The notes under the pieces: model-generated
Database searches by the model: none
Told to the model about the DNA's origin: nothing
The model's input: only the letters and a program-made list of their open reading frames with translations
Shown: in pieces, positions 50,310 to 63,715 of the stretch
Layout: each line of letters begins with the position of its first letter
Numbering within the stretch: position 1 is the stretch's first letter
Program-made: the position numbers and the translations under genes
Assembly (NCBI RefSeq): GCF_048593235.1
Contig: NC_133618.1
Location: 200,126,221-200,190,220, forward strand
Direction: 5' to 3'
Source: Sminthopsis crassicaudata
Taxonomy: Eukaryota
Length of the DNA stretch: 64,000 nucleotides

Positions 50310-53019
50310 ATTAGTCCAAGGGAATTTACAGAACTATCCTCCACTTGCTTCTTGCTTCCCTTCTACTACTTTTTGTTTGCTTTGTTTTATTTTTGTTTTT
50401 GTTTTTTTTTAACGAAAAAAATTTCTAAGTCCTTTTGCTTAAAGCTCCAGAAGATGTAACAAGCAGGCTTAAATCTGGGTAAAATTTTAGGAGAGCTTTT
50501 GAATTTCAGTTAAGTAGCATTAAAAAAAAAATCATAAACAAAAACCTTACTGGTATCAGACCCAATGAAGTTTTCTTTATATGTTTGTGCATGTGCATAT
50601 ATGCATGTGCATGTGTATGTTTCTGTGTAATGAAGGGAGCCATTGCTGAAGTAGCTAGGTTGACATTTAATCAAAGAAAGACTTTTATTGCATTTAAAAC
50701 TAACATAAGAAAGAACACTAATAGAAAGAGATCTAAATTTAGAATATCCAAGGATCTGTGTTCAAATTCTAATTCTATTACTACCTAGGAGAGTTTGGGC
50801 TATAGTTTATCTTTCAAATCCTCAATTACTTCTAGGATAAGACTAAAGGGTTGAAACTGGAATATTCCCTCCTACTTCTCAATCCTTTGACTTTCAGAAT
50901 AAACCATGAAATTTTTATTGAAAAGCCCCAATTATTCTGAATTCACAATCTACTGACTTAAAAAAAAAAAAAAAAAAAAAAGTTAAGCTTAGTCTTTCTT
51001 TATCTAATGTCCCTGAGGCCATGTGCATTAAGGACCTTTCTTTCCCAAGGCTATTTCCATTACTCAGAGTAGATATGGGGAGTTCTAGGGACTGCAGGTG
51101 ATTTCCCAGGGAATAGAAGTCAGAGAACATAGAGCATTAGAGGCATTGGAAAGAAGAAAAGTTGTGATTAGGGACCTTCAGGAGGGGAGAATTGAATTTT
51201 AGTGCTGGAAGGGATTGTAAGAACCAACTACTTAAACCCTTGCATTTTAAATAGAAGATCCAAACACAGGAAAAGTAAAAGAGTGCTCTAGTCTACACTA
51301 TGAGCTGGGGAGAGAGGAAGGGATGAGAAACTGAATTCCTGAATCTCAATCTAGAGACATTTCCCTTCAAACTGTGGTGAAAACAAGGATTTCCAAATCA
51401 GTCTAGGAACAAGACTGAATCCATGTTCAGAGAAAGCCTGGCATAGAGATAAATGAACTAGTCAGGTGTCTGCCTATGTAATATTGATAATATGTAAAAT
51501 GACATCAGCAGGTTTACTTGCTCTAAAATGTCTCCTACATGCCTGTCAGAATGTCTAAAAAATCTTACTCTTTAGACATTTCCTTTGGGTGAAGATATTA
51601 TCTTCAGAGAAGTGAGGGATCATACAAACAGATCTCAGCTATTTCAAACATTTGCTTTTTATAACTAACAATCCTCTATATTTATAAAGTGTTTCACTGT
51701 TCTGAAGTGCTTTTCTATGCATTACCTCATGTGACCTTCACATCAACCTTGGAACGAAGGCAGGAGAGGGGTTGCTATCCTTCTTTTAAAAATGAGAAAA
51801 TGGAAACTCAAAGACACATAGTGATTTGTCCAAGAAGAGATGATTCAGCCAGGAGGTGACAGAGGGCTGGATCATGATCATAGGTAGCATCACAAATTTA
51901 GAGCTGGAAGGAACTTTTGAGGTCATCTAGTCCAATGCCCTCATCTTATTGATGAGAAAACTGTCTTAGAGAGGTTAAATGACTTGCCCAATCGTCAAGC
52001 TGGACTCCAAACCAAGTGTTTTTTTTTCCGTCCCTTTCTAAAAAAGAAGCTTCTGTCTTTGTACAGCACACCAGAAATATTTCCTTTTTTTTTTTTTTTA
52101 ATACGTTACATCAGAAATGTTTTCTTCTCTCTCTTTTTTAATCTCCACACTGGTTTTCCACATCTTTTACCAGTAATTTAATTCATTTTGTATTTTTCAT
52201 AGAATCATAGTTCCTAGTCTTGAAAGCAATCATCTACTGATCACCTGCTCTCTGGGATCTAAATTATTTTTATTCCCATTTCACAGATGAGGTAATGAGT
52301 GCCAAAGTGATTTGCCTGAGGTTCTCAGTATATTTCTCAAACTTTGACTGCTGATTCACTCTCTGAATTAGTTTTGCTCTTTATCTATAAAAAGTACAGC
52401 TGATTTAGTGGGAACATCAGTGAATTCAGTGTCAAATCTCTTCACATTACTGCTGATTATAACCTACATATCAAAGCCAAGGGACTTCTCTCTGCGTTTC
52501 CATTTGTAATATAGAAAGGTCCAAATATATGCTATCACCTACTAAGGCTATTATGAGGATTAAGCAAGTTAGCATATGTACAATTATTCCATAGATGACT
52601 ATATCAGTTGAACTCTGTTAACTGAGAGAAGTGGATTCTTTAGATATTTCTTCAAACCTCATGCTTCTCACCTATAAAATTTGATAAATCATTGAATTTA
52701 TTAAAAAAACAGTTTTGTGTGTGAGAGACAGAGATACTTCATCATCTATCTGTAGAACAACAGAATTATTAGTTATTATCATTTTGCATTTCTTTCTCTG
52801 AATCCTATTTTCCACTATGTGAGAAAGAAAAGTTTGTGCAGGCTAGGCCAAATAACAAGGGAAAGGAGACCCTCAAGCTTTAGTATTTGAATCCATCACC
52901 CTCGAGCAATCAGGGAAGTATGGGCAACAGAGTCGCATTTGTAATACTGCAACCTAATTAAAAACAGGCCTCATTCAATGCCAGATCCAATTAAATGGGG
53001 CCTCTTGGGGGAGGCAAAT

Positions 53020-53180
53020 GGTGCAGTGGAATAAACACTGAGGTTTAAGTCAAGAGACCTGGATTCTAGTCTAATATTCTCCCCTGATGTGTGTGATTTC
53101 AGGAGGAACTCTATGAACCTCAATTTTCACATCTTATAAAGTGAGGAGGTTGAAATTATTTATCTTTAGGTTCCCTTGTA
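53020..53180 (+). mobile_element. MIR SINE
   Basis: tggtgcagtggaataaacactgaggtttaagtcaagagacctggattctagtc...ctcaattttcacatc. Confidence 0.75.
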
Positions 53181-55683
53181 CCTCAAAAATTCTATGATTT
53201 CCCTGTAATGCACAGAACTGTAGATCAAATATTCAAGGTATGGTCCTTAGATAGACTCCCTACAGTTCACACACACACACACACACAAATACAACGAACT
53301 CCTCCACCTCCTTTCTTCATGAGTTTAAGTTAAGAATTTATCAATTTTTTGTAGACTTCACAAGCATAACATTTGAAGAAATATCTATAGAAAACCCCTT
53401 GTTGCTGTAGTTAACAGTTCAACTGGTATAATCAGTAGCAAATACTCAACATTTTATTTGTAGAGAATAATATTGATGATCAAAACAACAAAAAAGAAAA
53501 CTAGTTTTCATTTATTAAAATATATAATATTGAAGTAGGAATAGGGCCTTTCCCCAGTGGGAGTTCAGAGGAGATCCTGCAGAGACTCCTAAGCAATCCC
53601 AATGAAGGGCTTTATTTTTCAAATGCTATCATTGTTTCTCTCTTTCTTTTTAAAATTTCCTTTTTTTTTAAAGTGCTAATTTTACCCTGATCCGTGTATT
53701 GTCAGAATCATTTTAAGGGGACCATTTAAAATATCTGCCTAAAATAGAACTTAAAGGAACCTGTAGCATATGAAATATGGAGAATTGGTATGAGGTTTAG
53801 AGACCTCTACTAAAAGACCCATGGGTGCAGTAATTGAGCTGTTGTTTCTCATTCAGAGGGGGAAAAAATAGTAGAGCTGGGGTTTACGGCCTCCCCCTTT
53901 TCAAAATAAGAAAAAAAAAAAAGAAACATCTGCTAATGTCTTTAAAAGCCACATTATAAACACTGAAATGCACTCTTTATGGTATGGGCTGCAACTTTGA
54001 ATAAAACCTCAAAAACCAAAGGTGGGAAATCCTGTTAGAGTACACAATACTGCATTGCTAGGCTTTGGGGAGGGGTTATTTTAAACTTCTAGGATGGATC
54101 TGACCTAGCAGAATAAAAGATACTTTACTTAAAAGGAAACCTCTTATATCGATCTTTATGGGTCTCTCAAATGAAGAGAACCTCTTGAAACAACACATTG
54201 AACTAATACATATCTTATCACTGAATGAGTATTTTTTCGAGGTTTTCAGCCTTTCACATATATTAAATTGCAACTCTAAATCATTCTTTCACTTTCTTTA
54301 TGGTTCCTTTGAGATTTTCCAGATGTGCATAGGGAGAAAGGGTGTGTGTGTGTATATATGTAAAGAGCAGGGAAAGGATACATACATCTATTCAAACAGA
54401 AATTGTTAACTCCCTTGAAAAGCCTGGATATTTTAAAATCTATTTCTAATGGTAATGTATGTTAATGTCACTATTCATTTTGAGGGCAAGCTATTTTTGA
54501 GGGGGTACTCAGCTTTTCTTATTCTGCTTAGGGTCCTGGGATCTCCAAGATATTCCATTCCCCCTTCCCCTCCCTTGCACTGACACCTCTTTGTGATGCC
54601 AATGGAAGCAGCTTACCTGGGAACAAAGGCATAGGTTCTGGGGCCTGGAATTGTATGCTATTAGTTCTTGCTGCTCAAGTTTGAATAGTATCTTAAGCTC
54701 TAAGTCAAATCTTCTACTTAAGGTTGGGAAAGCACAAGTCCCCCACCCCCACTAGAATAAAAAAGCTCCTGTGAGTTAAAGCCCATTTGTAAAAGGTGGG
54801 TAGATCCAAACAATGGGGTTAGAAGTTGAGTCAGGACCCAGGTAAGAATTGTAGAAAGCTCTGTTGTGGCTTCTATTGCAGTCGGATCCTGCATTCCAGG
54901 AGAAAGGGTGTTAAGTGTGTTCAGACCCTGAGGACAAGGCAGGGAGGGGAGCTAGAAGGAAGGTTCCCAAGCTGGGCCCCAGTAAGGTATACCTGGTTTT
55001 CTCCCCACCCCCCAACTCCACAGTGGGAGGGGTTCTGATGTGGCTATACTCAATCACTGGTGATTTAAGATCTGCCCTGTTACAAAGCATCTAATCCAGA
55101 AGTCAGGTGCACTCCACGACTCATAAAATCACCAGGATCTGAAACATTTGGAGGGGAGCATGGTGGAGGCTTTTAAGCTTTCGAGACAAAACAAGGCCAT
55201 TCATCTTACTGGGCTCATTCCATTGGGCACTTGGGAGGGCACCTTTAGATTCTCATTGGGGGAAGTGGGGGAGGAGGGGAGCTGAAACCAAACAAAACTT
55301 GTTTCCTCTTCTACCAACATTCTATTTATGTATTCTAGAGCCAGTGATAAGGAAAAGCCCCTCTCTCTGCCCCTCCTGCCTTGCCTTAATGCTTAAGTAT
55401 ACTGTCTCTGTGTTTGTTTGCTTTACCCAGCTTGTGCTGAAATCCTGAAATCTGACCCCACTAAGGGCATAGCCCCTAAACTCAGAGGGATCAACCTTCT
55501 GCCTTGCTACTTTTAGGGGCCAGCCATCCCAAGTAGAGACAAGTAGAAACACTTCGAAACAGTAGTCTATTCAGTCAAGCTAAAGAGTCTGCTCCAAAAA
55601 AATAAATTTGTTACAGCTGTTTGGAGAGGGGAGGGAGAGTTTGCCTCCAGCCAGCAGTCCTGTTAAAGAGTCCAGCTTGCATC

Positions 55684-55714
55684 TGTGAATACCTACTCGA
55701 AAAGGCGTTTTATA
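55684..55714 (-). promoter_or_regulatory. Candidate TATA-box core promoter
   Basis: Minus-strand TATAAAA at 55714-55708 with CA dinucleotides 28-30 nt downstream (55686/55684); three CpGs within 25 bp; E-box AACAGCTGT and a GT donor (55426) downstream. Function inferred. Confidence 0.35.
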
Positions 55715-55727
55715 CTCAGTCGGTCCC

Positions 55728-56035
55728 TGTCTCTTTGTCTATCTCTGTGTATCTATTTCTGTCCCTATTTCTCTGTCTCTGTCTCTATATCCATCCCTGT
55801 CTCTTTCTCTGTTTCTCTCTGTCTGTCTCTGTTCCTGTCTCTCTCACTCTCTGTGTCTCTGTCTCCCCTCCCTCCTTCTCTCCTCTCCCTCTCCCTTCCT
55901 TCCCCTTCCCCCTCTCTCCCCCTCTCTCTCTTTTCCCCTTTTCTTCCTTCCTCTCTCCCTCTCCTCCTCTTATCCTTTCCCTTCCTTCCCCTCACCTCTC
56001 TCTCCTCCCACCCCCTTTTCTACTTTTCTCAAACC
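55728..56035. repeat. ~300-bp polypyrimidine (TCTG/TCTC then TCCC) tract
   Basis: Direct reading; source of ORFs 55621-56094. Confidence 0.95.
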
Positions 56036-58603
56036 CTGAGCTAGATTTTTTTTTTTTATGTCTGAATGTATCATTCCATCTTTCTTGGCAATGAGGGATG
56101 AAGGGTGAACTAACACACTTGAGTGTGCTTTAAGACAGCTGTCTTGTCTCAATGACACCCATCTGGTTCTAACAGTTTTAATTATTATATATTTACATAA
56201 AAGTGTTTGTGTATGTATTTTATGCACTAGGCACATATCACATGTGTTACTGTTAAGATGGCATCAATATTTAATTTTACACAGTGTTCTTTCTTATGAA
56301 AGAAAGGCATTTGGGGATAACTCCTTCATTAAGATAGCACTGTAAGCCCTAGGATTAGAAACACAACAGCAATCCCAGCGGCTGTTGTATATAACATAAC
56401 AATGGAAAATTTTTTAGTTGTTAAAGTTTCAATGGCAGCATTTTCGAGTTGACAGACAGCATCTAGTCTCTCATTTTACAGATGGGGAAACTAAAGATCA
56501 TGGGACTTGCTCAAGATCATATGGCAAGTAAAGCACTTGAGCCAAAACCAAATCCTATCTATATCTACTGATTCTCCCTAACTCATTTCATCATGGCAAA
56601 CCAATGCTGTTTGAAATTGACAATGTTGCATTTCCTTTTACGGTCTAGTTTCAAGTAGAGTTTGTACAAATAAGAAAATGGAAAACGTATATTAACTCCC
56701 CGGTCAATATCCCCATATTGAACTAAAGTCAGAAAAAAAGATTCATAACATATCTAAAAATGTCATGATTATAATAATATCATAATTAAGTTATGATGAT
56801 AAGTAGTATAATAAAGATCTGATCAAAGGAGGCAGAAAATAAGATGAAATAACTGATATAAAGACAGTCCTTACTCTTCTGGAAACAACATAATAAAAAG
56901 TATTGAGTTATTATTTAAATCAATCAAAGCCTCTTTTACCTGTTTCATAATCCAGCATTATATTTAACCCTTCTTCTCTTTATAATGTTATTAAATTTAC
57001 CTTGGTTATTGAGTTCCAGATTTTATTGGAAATGTCATTTCTATCTCAAAATGACTGACAAGTCCATCCACGTCTGGGATTGTGCTGGGAATTGTAACTA
57101 TGGCTGTTTCTTTGAAATAACAGATTAAAACTATATATGGTCAGAAGGAAATGGGACACCAGCATTTCCTATGGGGTTTTCTAACAATCTTGCTTAGGAA
57201 GTGAAATCTTACTCATACATTGACTGGTAAGTGGAAACTCTTTCTAAATAGACTTGCTAGATCATGTAGTATGAGTGTCATTTGACCTGTGCTCATTAAT
57301 TGTTGACTGTTTTCTAGATATCACAAAGATATTAGTACCGGTATCTCCTGTTTGATGCTTGAGCAGTGCTCACTGTCATCCCAATGATGTTTAGCAATAC
57401 ATTAATAAAAATCTTGATGAAGCAGCATTCCTTCTGTCATTCAATGAAGATCTAATTTCCAAAACATATCTCTATGTCAAAATGAATTCTCATTCCTTAT
57501 CCAAAAGACTGATTTTCTAGAATAGGGGAGTCAATCAACAAGCATTTATTTAAACTCTTACTCATAGCAGGCACTATGCTAATCTTGGAAATAAAAAGAA
57601 AACTAATTTTTCTTAAAATGCCTTGCCCTCAAGACTCTCACATTCTAATGGAAGAATTCACATTCTAATAGTGGCCCCAGTAATCAAGGGATCTAGTTGA
57701 AGGTATCATAGAACAGTGCATTTTTGTATTAACTCATTAACTGGTCATTTCAAAACATTTAATTCCCCACTTGAGAGTTCTTCATGTTTAACACCCTGTT
57801 GCTTCTTTCTATAAACAATTAATTTCATCATCTCCAAAACATTTGATAGTTTTCTATTGACTAATGGATAAAGTCAAAACTCCCTAGTTTGCCGTTCAAA
57901 CTTCTCCTCAATCTGGACCCAAACTATCTTTCCCCAATGTACATCAATGTTACTCCACAACTTGAATTTTTCTGTTCTATCCACACCGGTCTTGAATTGT
58001 CCCTTTAAATACATAACTTGTATCTCTCTCCCTTTGTTTCCCCTAACCCCCTCCCAATGAATGATCTATCTACAATATCAGGCACTCAGCAGTTTCCATC
58101 CATTGTTTCTAGTTGCTTCCTTTGGGGCAAAACAGAAAAAATATATAATCTCTCCTCCACAAAATAATTTTCAAATCCATGAACATAATTGCTTCACTGC
58201 CCTTTTCTAAGCATGTTTTTCAGAAAAAAAAAGATTCCCTATTCCTTCAACCTTCAACCCAATTCTCATTTTTTGGCATGCCATCCTTACAGATGACAGT
58301 ACATTTGAACAATTTATACTTCACTTACAAAGGTAGTACAAAGAGAATAGACTATTGATGTATTTGCCACCTCTATTATCCTTACCTCTTTTCTGGATTT
58401 GGAGTCAGAAAATCCGGGTTCTATATCTATGCTATTTACTATGTGAACTTGAACAATTTATTTAAACTCAAGAGGACCAGCTTCCTCCTCTGTAAAATAA
58501 GAAAGTTCAAGAAAATGGATCTTCCAATTTATAATCTCAAACGCTAAAGAAAAATTGGCACACTAGACCACTCCCAAACAACAATTCCTGCAAAAGAAAC
58601 TTT

Positions 58604-59107
58604 TTGGCCTGGAGAGACTTACATGAACCAATGCTGAGTGAAATGAGCAGGACCAGGAGATTATTATATACTTCAACAACAATACTATATGATGATCAAT
58701 TCTGATGGATGTGGCCCTCTCCAACAATGAGATGAACCAAATCAGTTCCAATAGAGCAGTAATGAACTGAACCAGCTATACCCAGCAAAAGAACTCTGGG
58801 AGATGACTATGAACCACTACATAGAATTCCCAATCCCTCTATTTTTGTCCACCTGCATTTTGGATTTTCTTCACAGGCTAATTATATACTATTTCAAAGA
58901 CCAATTCTTTTTGTACAGCAAAACAACTGTTTGGACATGTATACATATATTGTATTTAATTTATACTTTAACATATTTAACATGTATTGGTCAATCTGCC
59001 ATCTTGGGGGGGGAAGGAGGGGAAAAATTGGAACAAAATGTTTGGCAACTGTCAATGTTGTAAAATTACCCATGCATATATTTGGTAAATAAATACTATT
59101 AAATAAA
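58604..59107 (+). mobile_element. 5'-truncated L1 3' end with 12-bp TSD
   Basis: AAAAGAAACTTT at 58592-58603 and 59108-59119; L1 ORF2 tail and 3'UTR text. Confidence 0.95.
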
Positions 59108-61099
59108 AAAGAAACTTTCTGATGTTAGAGATTGTCATTCCTTTTTGGATGCTCATCAATATTTAGTATAACATTCTACCTATAATAATTGCTTGATAAA
59201 TGTTTGTTGAATTAAATTTAAAAAGTTAAAATATCTATAGCTCCAACCACAGCAAACTAATGATACCTCAATTAGTCAGTAAATTGTTCATTCCATAAGA
59301 ATTTTTAGACTTGGGAAGAATTATAGGCTGCAAGGCATTCAGCAATTAATCTGAAAGGTTTAATAATGAGTTATTGTGGTGAGTTTTTATTTTCTGATTA
59401 GCTAAGGATTAACAAGTAGCGGTTTGGGTTAAATGATGGTTACTAAAATATTATTAAAACACATTCACCCATTTTCCTGCCTTAGTAAATACAATCAAGA
59501 CAAGCTAATTTAATCTTTGTTAAAGAATAAGGATTCTAGAGGGCTATAGAACAACAATAATAACTCACATTTATACAATAGTTTAAAATCTGTACATAAA
59601 GCACTTTCTTCAAAACTATGTGAAGTAGATGATGCAAGGATGTTCATTGATGCACAAAATGAGCTCAAAGAAAATATTAACTTCTTTATCTTTTTGTCCA
59701 ATATCCTTTTGCCTATCATTTCCCCTTTTTTCTCTGAATTCTATGAAACTATTATTCATTCTGTGCTCCTAGATAACGTCTCCCTATGCATGCTAATTAA
59801 ATGCTTACTATATTCATAATAATGTATTAGATATTGAGAAAAATACAAAATTTATATAAACCATGATTCTTGACCTCAAGATACTTATGGTCTACTAAGA
59901 GGATAAAACATAAATACACATAACTGAAAGGCACAAAAATGCATGTAGGCTAGTGAAAAGACAATATTTGGCTTGGTCTTCAAAGAATGGTTATTCAATT
60001 GAATGCATCAAGCATTTGTTAAATATAGTACAAGGTATTACACTAGACTTTAAGGAAACAAAAATAAAACTTCCATTCTAAGAAATTTCATTCTATTGGA
60101 TGTCTCATTTCTAACTCTACTAATTGAAATCCTAATAATAATCAGCCTTAATATAACTTAAAAAGTGTTTCTCACACATTTTTCATGTGCTCTTAACCCC
60201 TGTATAATTATACAACATAATCATTTTGGCCTGCAGTAATATAAATGAGAAAAAATATAACAAAAGCAAAACAAAGGAAATTAAATGGTGTGAAATTATG
60301 ACCAAGAATAGCCTCAAAAGAGCTCTAGGAGAAGCTACCTCATTTTCTTCTTTGATAAGTAAGGGGAAAATTATGTGTGAAAATCTGAAAACTCTATTGG
60401 ATATAGTCATGTATTGGTTGTTTTTGTTGAAATTTTTTCCCCTTTTATTCTTTTTTTTAAATTTTTATCAATATCCCTCTGAGAGTAAGGAAGGGAATAT
60501 TGGAAAATGTAGGTGATATAAAAACAAAGAGACAAGTACACTTTTTTTTCTTTTAAAGAATGCATTTTTGTGGATTGAGATTTTTGTAAATGTTAACTAT
60601 TATTATTATTGATATTTTTATCATGTGAAGGATGACCAATAAATAACTTATTACTTTCTTTGACTATACAATTCAACTACTAAGACTCTTCTAGAAAGAG
60701 TATTTACATTTATAAAATCAAACATCCTTTGCAGTAATCATAGCAGCAGTAATAACAGAAGATTGTAATAGTAAAAATAGTAAAATGAAAAAGTGAGATT
60801 AGATGATTCTAAAACTCTGTTCTCCTATATCTTAAAAATAATGCTTCTAGAATATTGTCAAAGCCTTTACATAAATCTTTGAGTTCACAATTATTAAAAA
60901 TAGTTGATATAAATAAATTAATGACACGTGTTTAATTTAACATTTCTTGGGATGGGAGTAGAACTTGTAATAATCTTTAAAATAAAGGCATATTATAATC
61001 CATCAATTCCCTACTGAAATTTTATTCATTTTTCTTTTTAAGCCGTACTCTTAATTGTTTTTTCATGTTTAAACCTAAATTGGAAATTTTGGAATTTGA

Positions 61100-61860
61100 C
61101 AATGGCCAGCTCAATCGTTTACACTGACTCAAATGCATTTATTATCCAAAGAAGTAATAGCAGAGCCATTTAGTTTACAAATGGGACAACAAACAGGACA
61201 AATTTAACAGTTTTGATTTTGTTATAATTCTATCCCACTTTGCAAAACCCTGTTTTTTTCTTATTTTCAAACTTGCAGGTTTTTTGTCTTCCACTAGCAC
61301 CACATTTGGAGGTGTGGGAATGGAATCTGCCATGTAAAGATTCTTTGCCATGAGCTTTCTACATGAAATGATTTATTTTGGAAAAGTATTTGAGTATTTT
61401 TCATTATTGTTGAAACAACAGAAGATGTTAAGAGCACATGGAACAGGAGTTCTACCACAGCAAAGGAGAGAGACTGTCAGGAAGGGGGCTGAGCTTTGTG
61501 CTTCCAAGCCTAGCTGGGATGCAGCCATGTTGTGAAGGTGACAATCTCAATCTTGCAGGGAGCCAGCTCATTACAGCACACGTGGAGCAGCTGCTGGTAG
61601 CAGGGCCCTGGCTGCAGAGAGAAGCCTGCAGATGTTCTTAAGTATTAGAGGAGGAGAGAGAGTGCCACAGTTCTGACAGGATAATTGAAAACCCCCTGCC
61701 TCCTGGATGGGTTCCTTCTATTGTTGCTTCTTAACTAACCAGAAAGAGTGAAGCCCTAGCTCAATATTGCAGGATATTGCAGGCTAGAAAGGTTTCTGGT
61801 GTCCCTAGCTTCATTCAGCATTATGCATATGCATATTTTCCAAAAATAAATTACTCTGGA
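61100..61860. promoter_or_regulatory. Putative enhancer (E-box cluster)
   Basis: Unique GC-richer island with CACATG, CACGTG, CAGCTG, CAGATG, TGATTTAT, TGACTCA and ATGCATATGCAT. Function inferred. Confidence 0.4.
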
Positions 61861-63417
61861 GCCTGGTTCTGGTTATTTACATTAAAAAGAGCATAAGAAA
61901 CCTAGCCTAAATGTCAGAGATGAGGAAGGTAGGGGTTATAAAGTGTATTCATATTTATTATCTTTATTTTCATGTCATCAGCATATCATTAAAGGTCAGT
62001 TTTAATAATAGGTAATTTGTCTTCACTGATGCCTTTCAAGAGTATTTTACAGGGGTAGTTGTGATGGCTGATAAAGGCCCCAAATATTTACTCAACTTAT
62101 TTCTTGCCAAGGTTGTTGCAGATAAGAATCTGATTAAGCCCCACACACCATGCTTCAGATAGTGCCTAAAATATGCATGATATGCCATTGAAACTACTAT
62201 TTATTATTAAAATATTCATAAAACTCTCTTGTCTTTGACTTTTTTTTTTTGCAAGATGGTAGTTCATATCCCAGCCTACTTCTATTAAATAATTACATTG
62301 TTCCTTCCCCAAATGCCAAAGAGAAGCTAGATAATTTTTGACTAAATTATATTATTTGATACTAGAAAGGACCTTAGAAATCCAGTAGTCCAATGCTATC
62401 ATTTTCAGGTTAGAAACTGAGGTCCAGAGAGAAGTTATATCATTGTTATTAGTAAGCGGAAGAAAAAGGAATATGAACGGAGATCCTCTGAATGCAAATC
62501 GCACAATTTTTCCAGCTTACCACAATATCTGCTTTGGAAAATAAATATGTCTGATTTAAGTTAAGATGACTGATAAGGCCATTTTAATTCCCTAAAATTT
62601 TCAAATTAAGTTCATAAAACATGAGAAAAAAATTAAGGATATTGCTTAATTAGGACATTCTACTTTGCAGCTTTATTGTAATAGGAATGTAGAGGTTTAT
62701 AAGACCTGGATGTTTGTGTATATTTGTTTTGGATCCTAGTGATGCATAAAAGGAGTCATACATATGTATGTAGTTCTATAAGGACTCTAAGACTAAAGAA
62801 CTTTGATTGACCAGTGTCCAACCATGATCCTCAAGGACTGGAAAGAATATTACTCAATGCCTGACAGAGAGGTTATCCTTTTAAGGTATAGAATGAGATG
62901 TGTATTTTTGGACTGACTAGTAAAAGCGGTAGTTTATTTTTGTTTGATTGTGTATTTGTTTCCAATGATTTGTTTTTCTTTTTTTCTCAGAGAAAAAGGG
63001 AGGGAAAGAAAATTAATTTTAAAATACAATATAATTATTTCCATTTTATATTTTTGTTAAAAGGGGAAAAAACAAAAGAGAGGGCAAGGAAGAACTAAAA
63101 TATAGTAACAAAAAAAAATCAACACTGTTGAAATATAGTGCCAAATGACCTAGTTTTGAATTCTGTATTTACTATTACCTGTGTGATGCTAGGGAAGTCA
63201 GCACACCTCTCTCTTAGATGCAGTTTCTTAAACTGAAAAATAAAAATGATATCAGCAGTATCTACCAGATAGGGTGGAGCAAAGATTGAATGAAATAATG
63301 GATGTGAAAATGCTTAATATCCATCTATAATATCACAAATGTGTAAAATGATATTTTGATGAATATATGATCTCATCACTGTGAGTGTCCACTTCTGAAG
63401 ATCATATATGCATGAGT

Positions 63418-63530
63418 AATTTTTTTATAACATTATCCCTTGTATTCATTTTTCCAAATTTTCCCCTCCCTACCTCTACTCCTTCCCCTGGATGACAGGC
63501 AATCCCATACATTTTATATGTATTACAAAT
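63418..63530 (-). mobile_element. L1 3' tip (antisense)
   Basis: Reverse matches the end of the young L1 at 48420-48520 (gggagggaaaatttggaaaaatgaatacaagggataatgtt). Confidence 0.85.
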
Positions 63531-63569
63531 ACTAAATTTCTTTTTGAACAAATTTCTAGGTAGGTCATG

Positions 63570-63715
63570 CTATTATTTCTATTTTACAAATGAGAAAACT
63601 GAGTATGAGAGTGCTTAAATGACTTGTACAAGATCACACAGTTGGTAAGTTTCTGAGTCAGGTTTTGAACTCGTTTCCTGATAAGTCCTCTTATTTTTTG
63701 TACCATCTAGCTATC
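63570..63715 (-). mobile_element. Mar/MIR-type CORE-SINE
   Basis: ttttacaaatgagaaaactgag...aagatcacacagttggtaagtttctgagtcaggttttgaactc. Confidence 0.75.

Noticed and set aside
55559-55568. ACAGTAGTCT equals the first 10 nt of miR-199-3p
   Set aside because: The rest of the mature sequence and the hairpin are absent; a 10-mer match is plausible by chance in 64 kb.
55621-56236. 157-aa and overlapping ORFs
   Set aside because: Mostly translation of the polypyrimidine tract.
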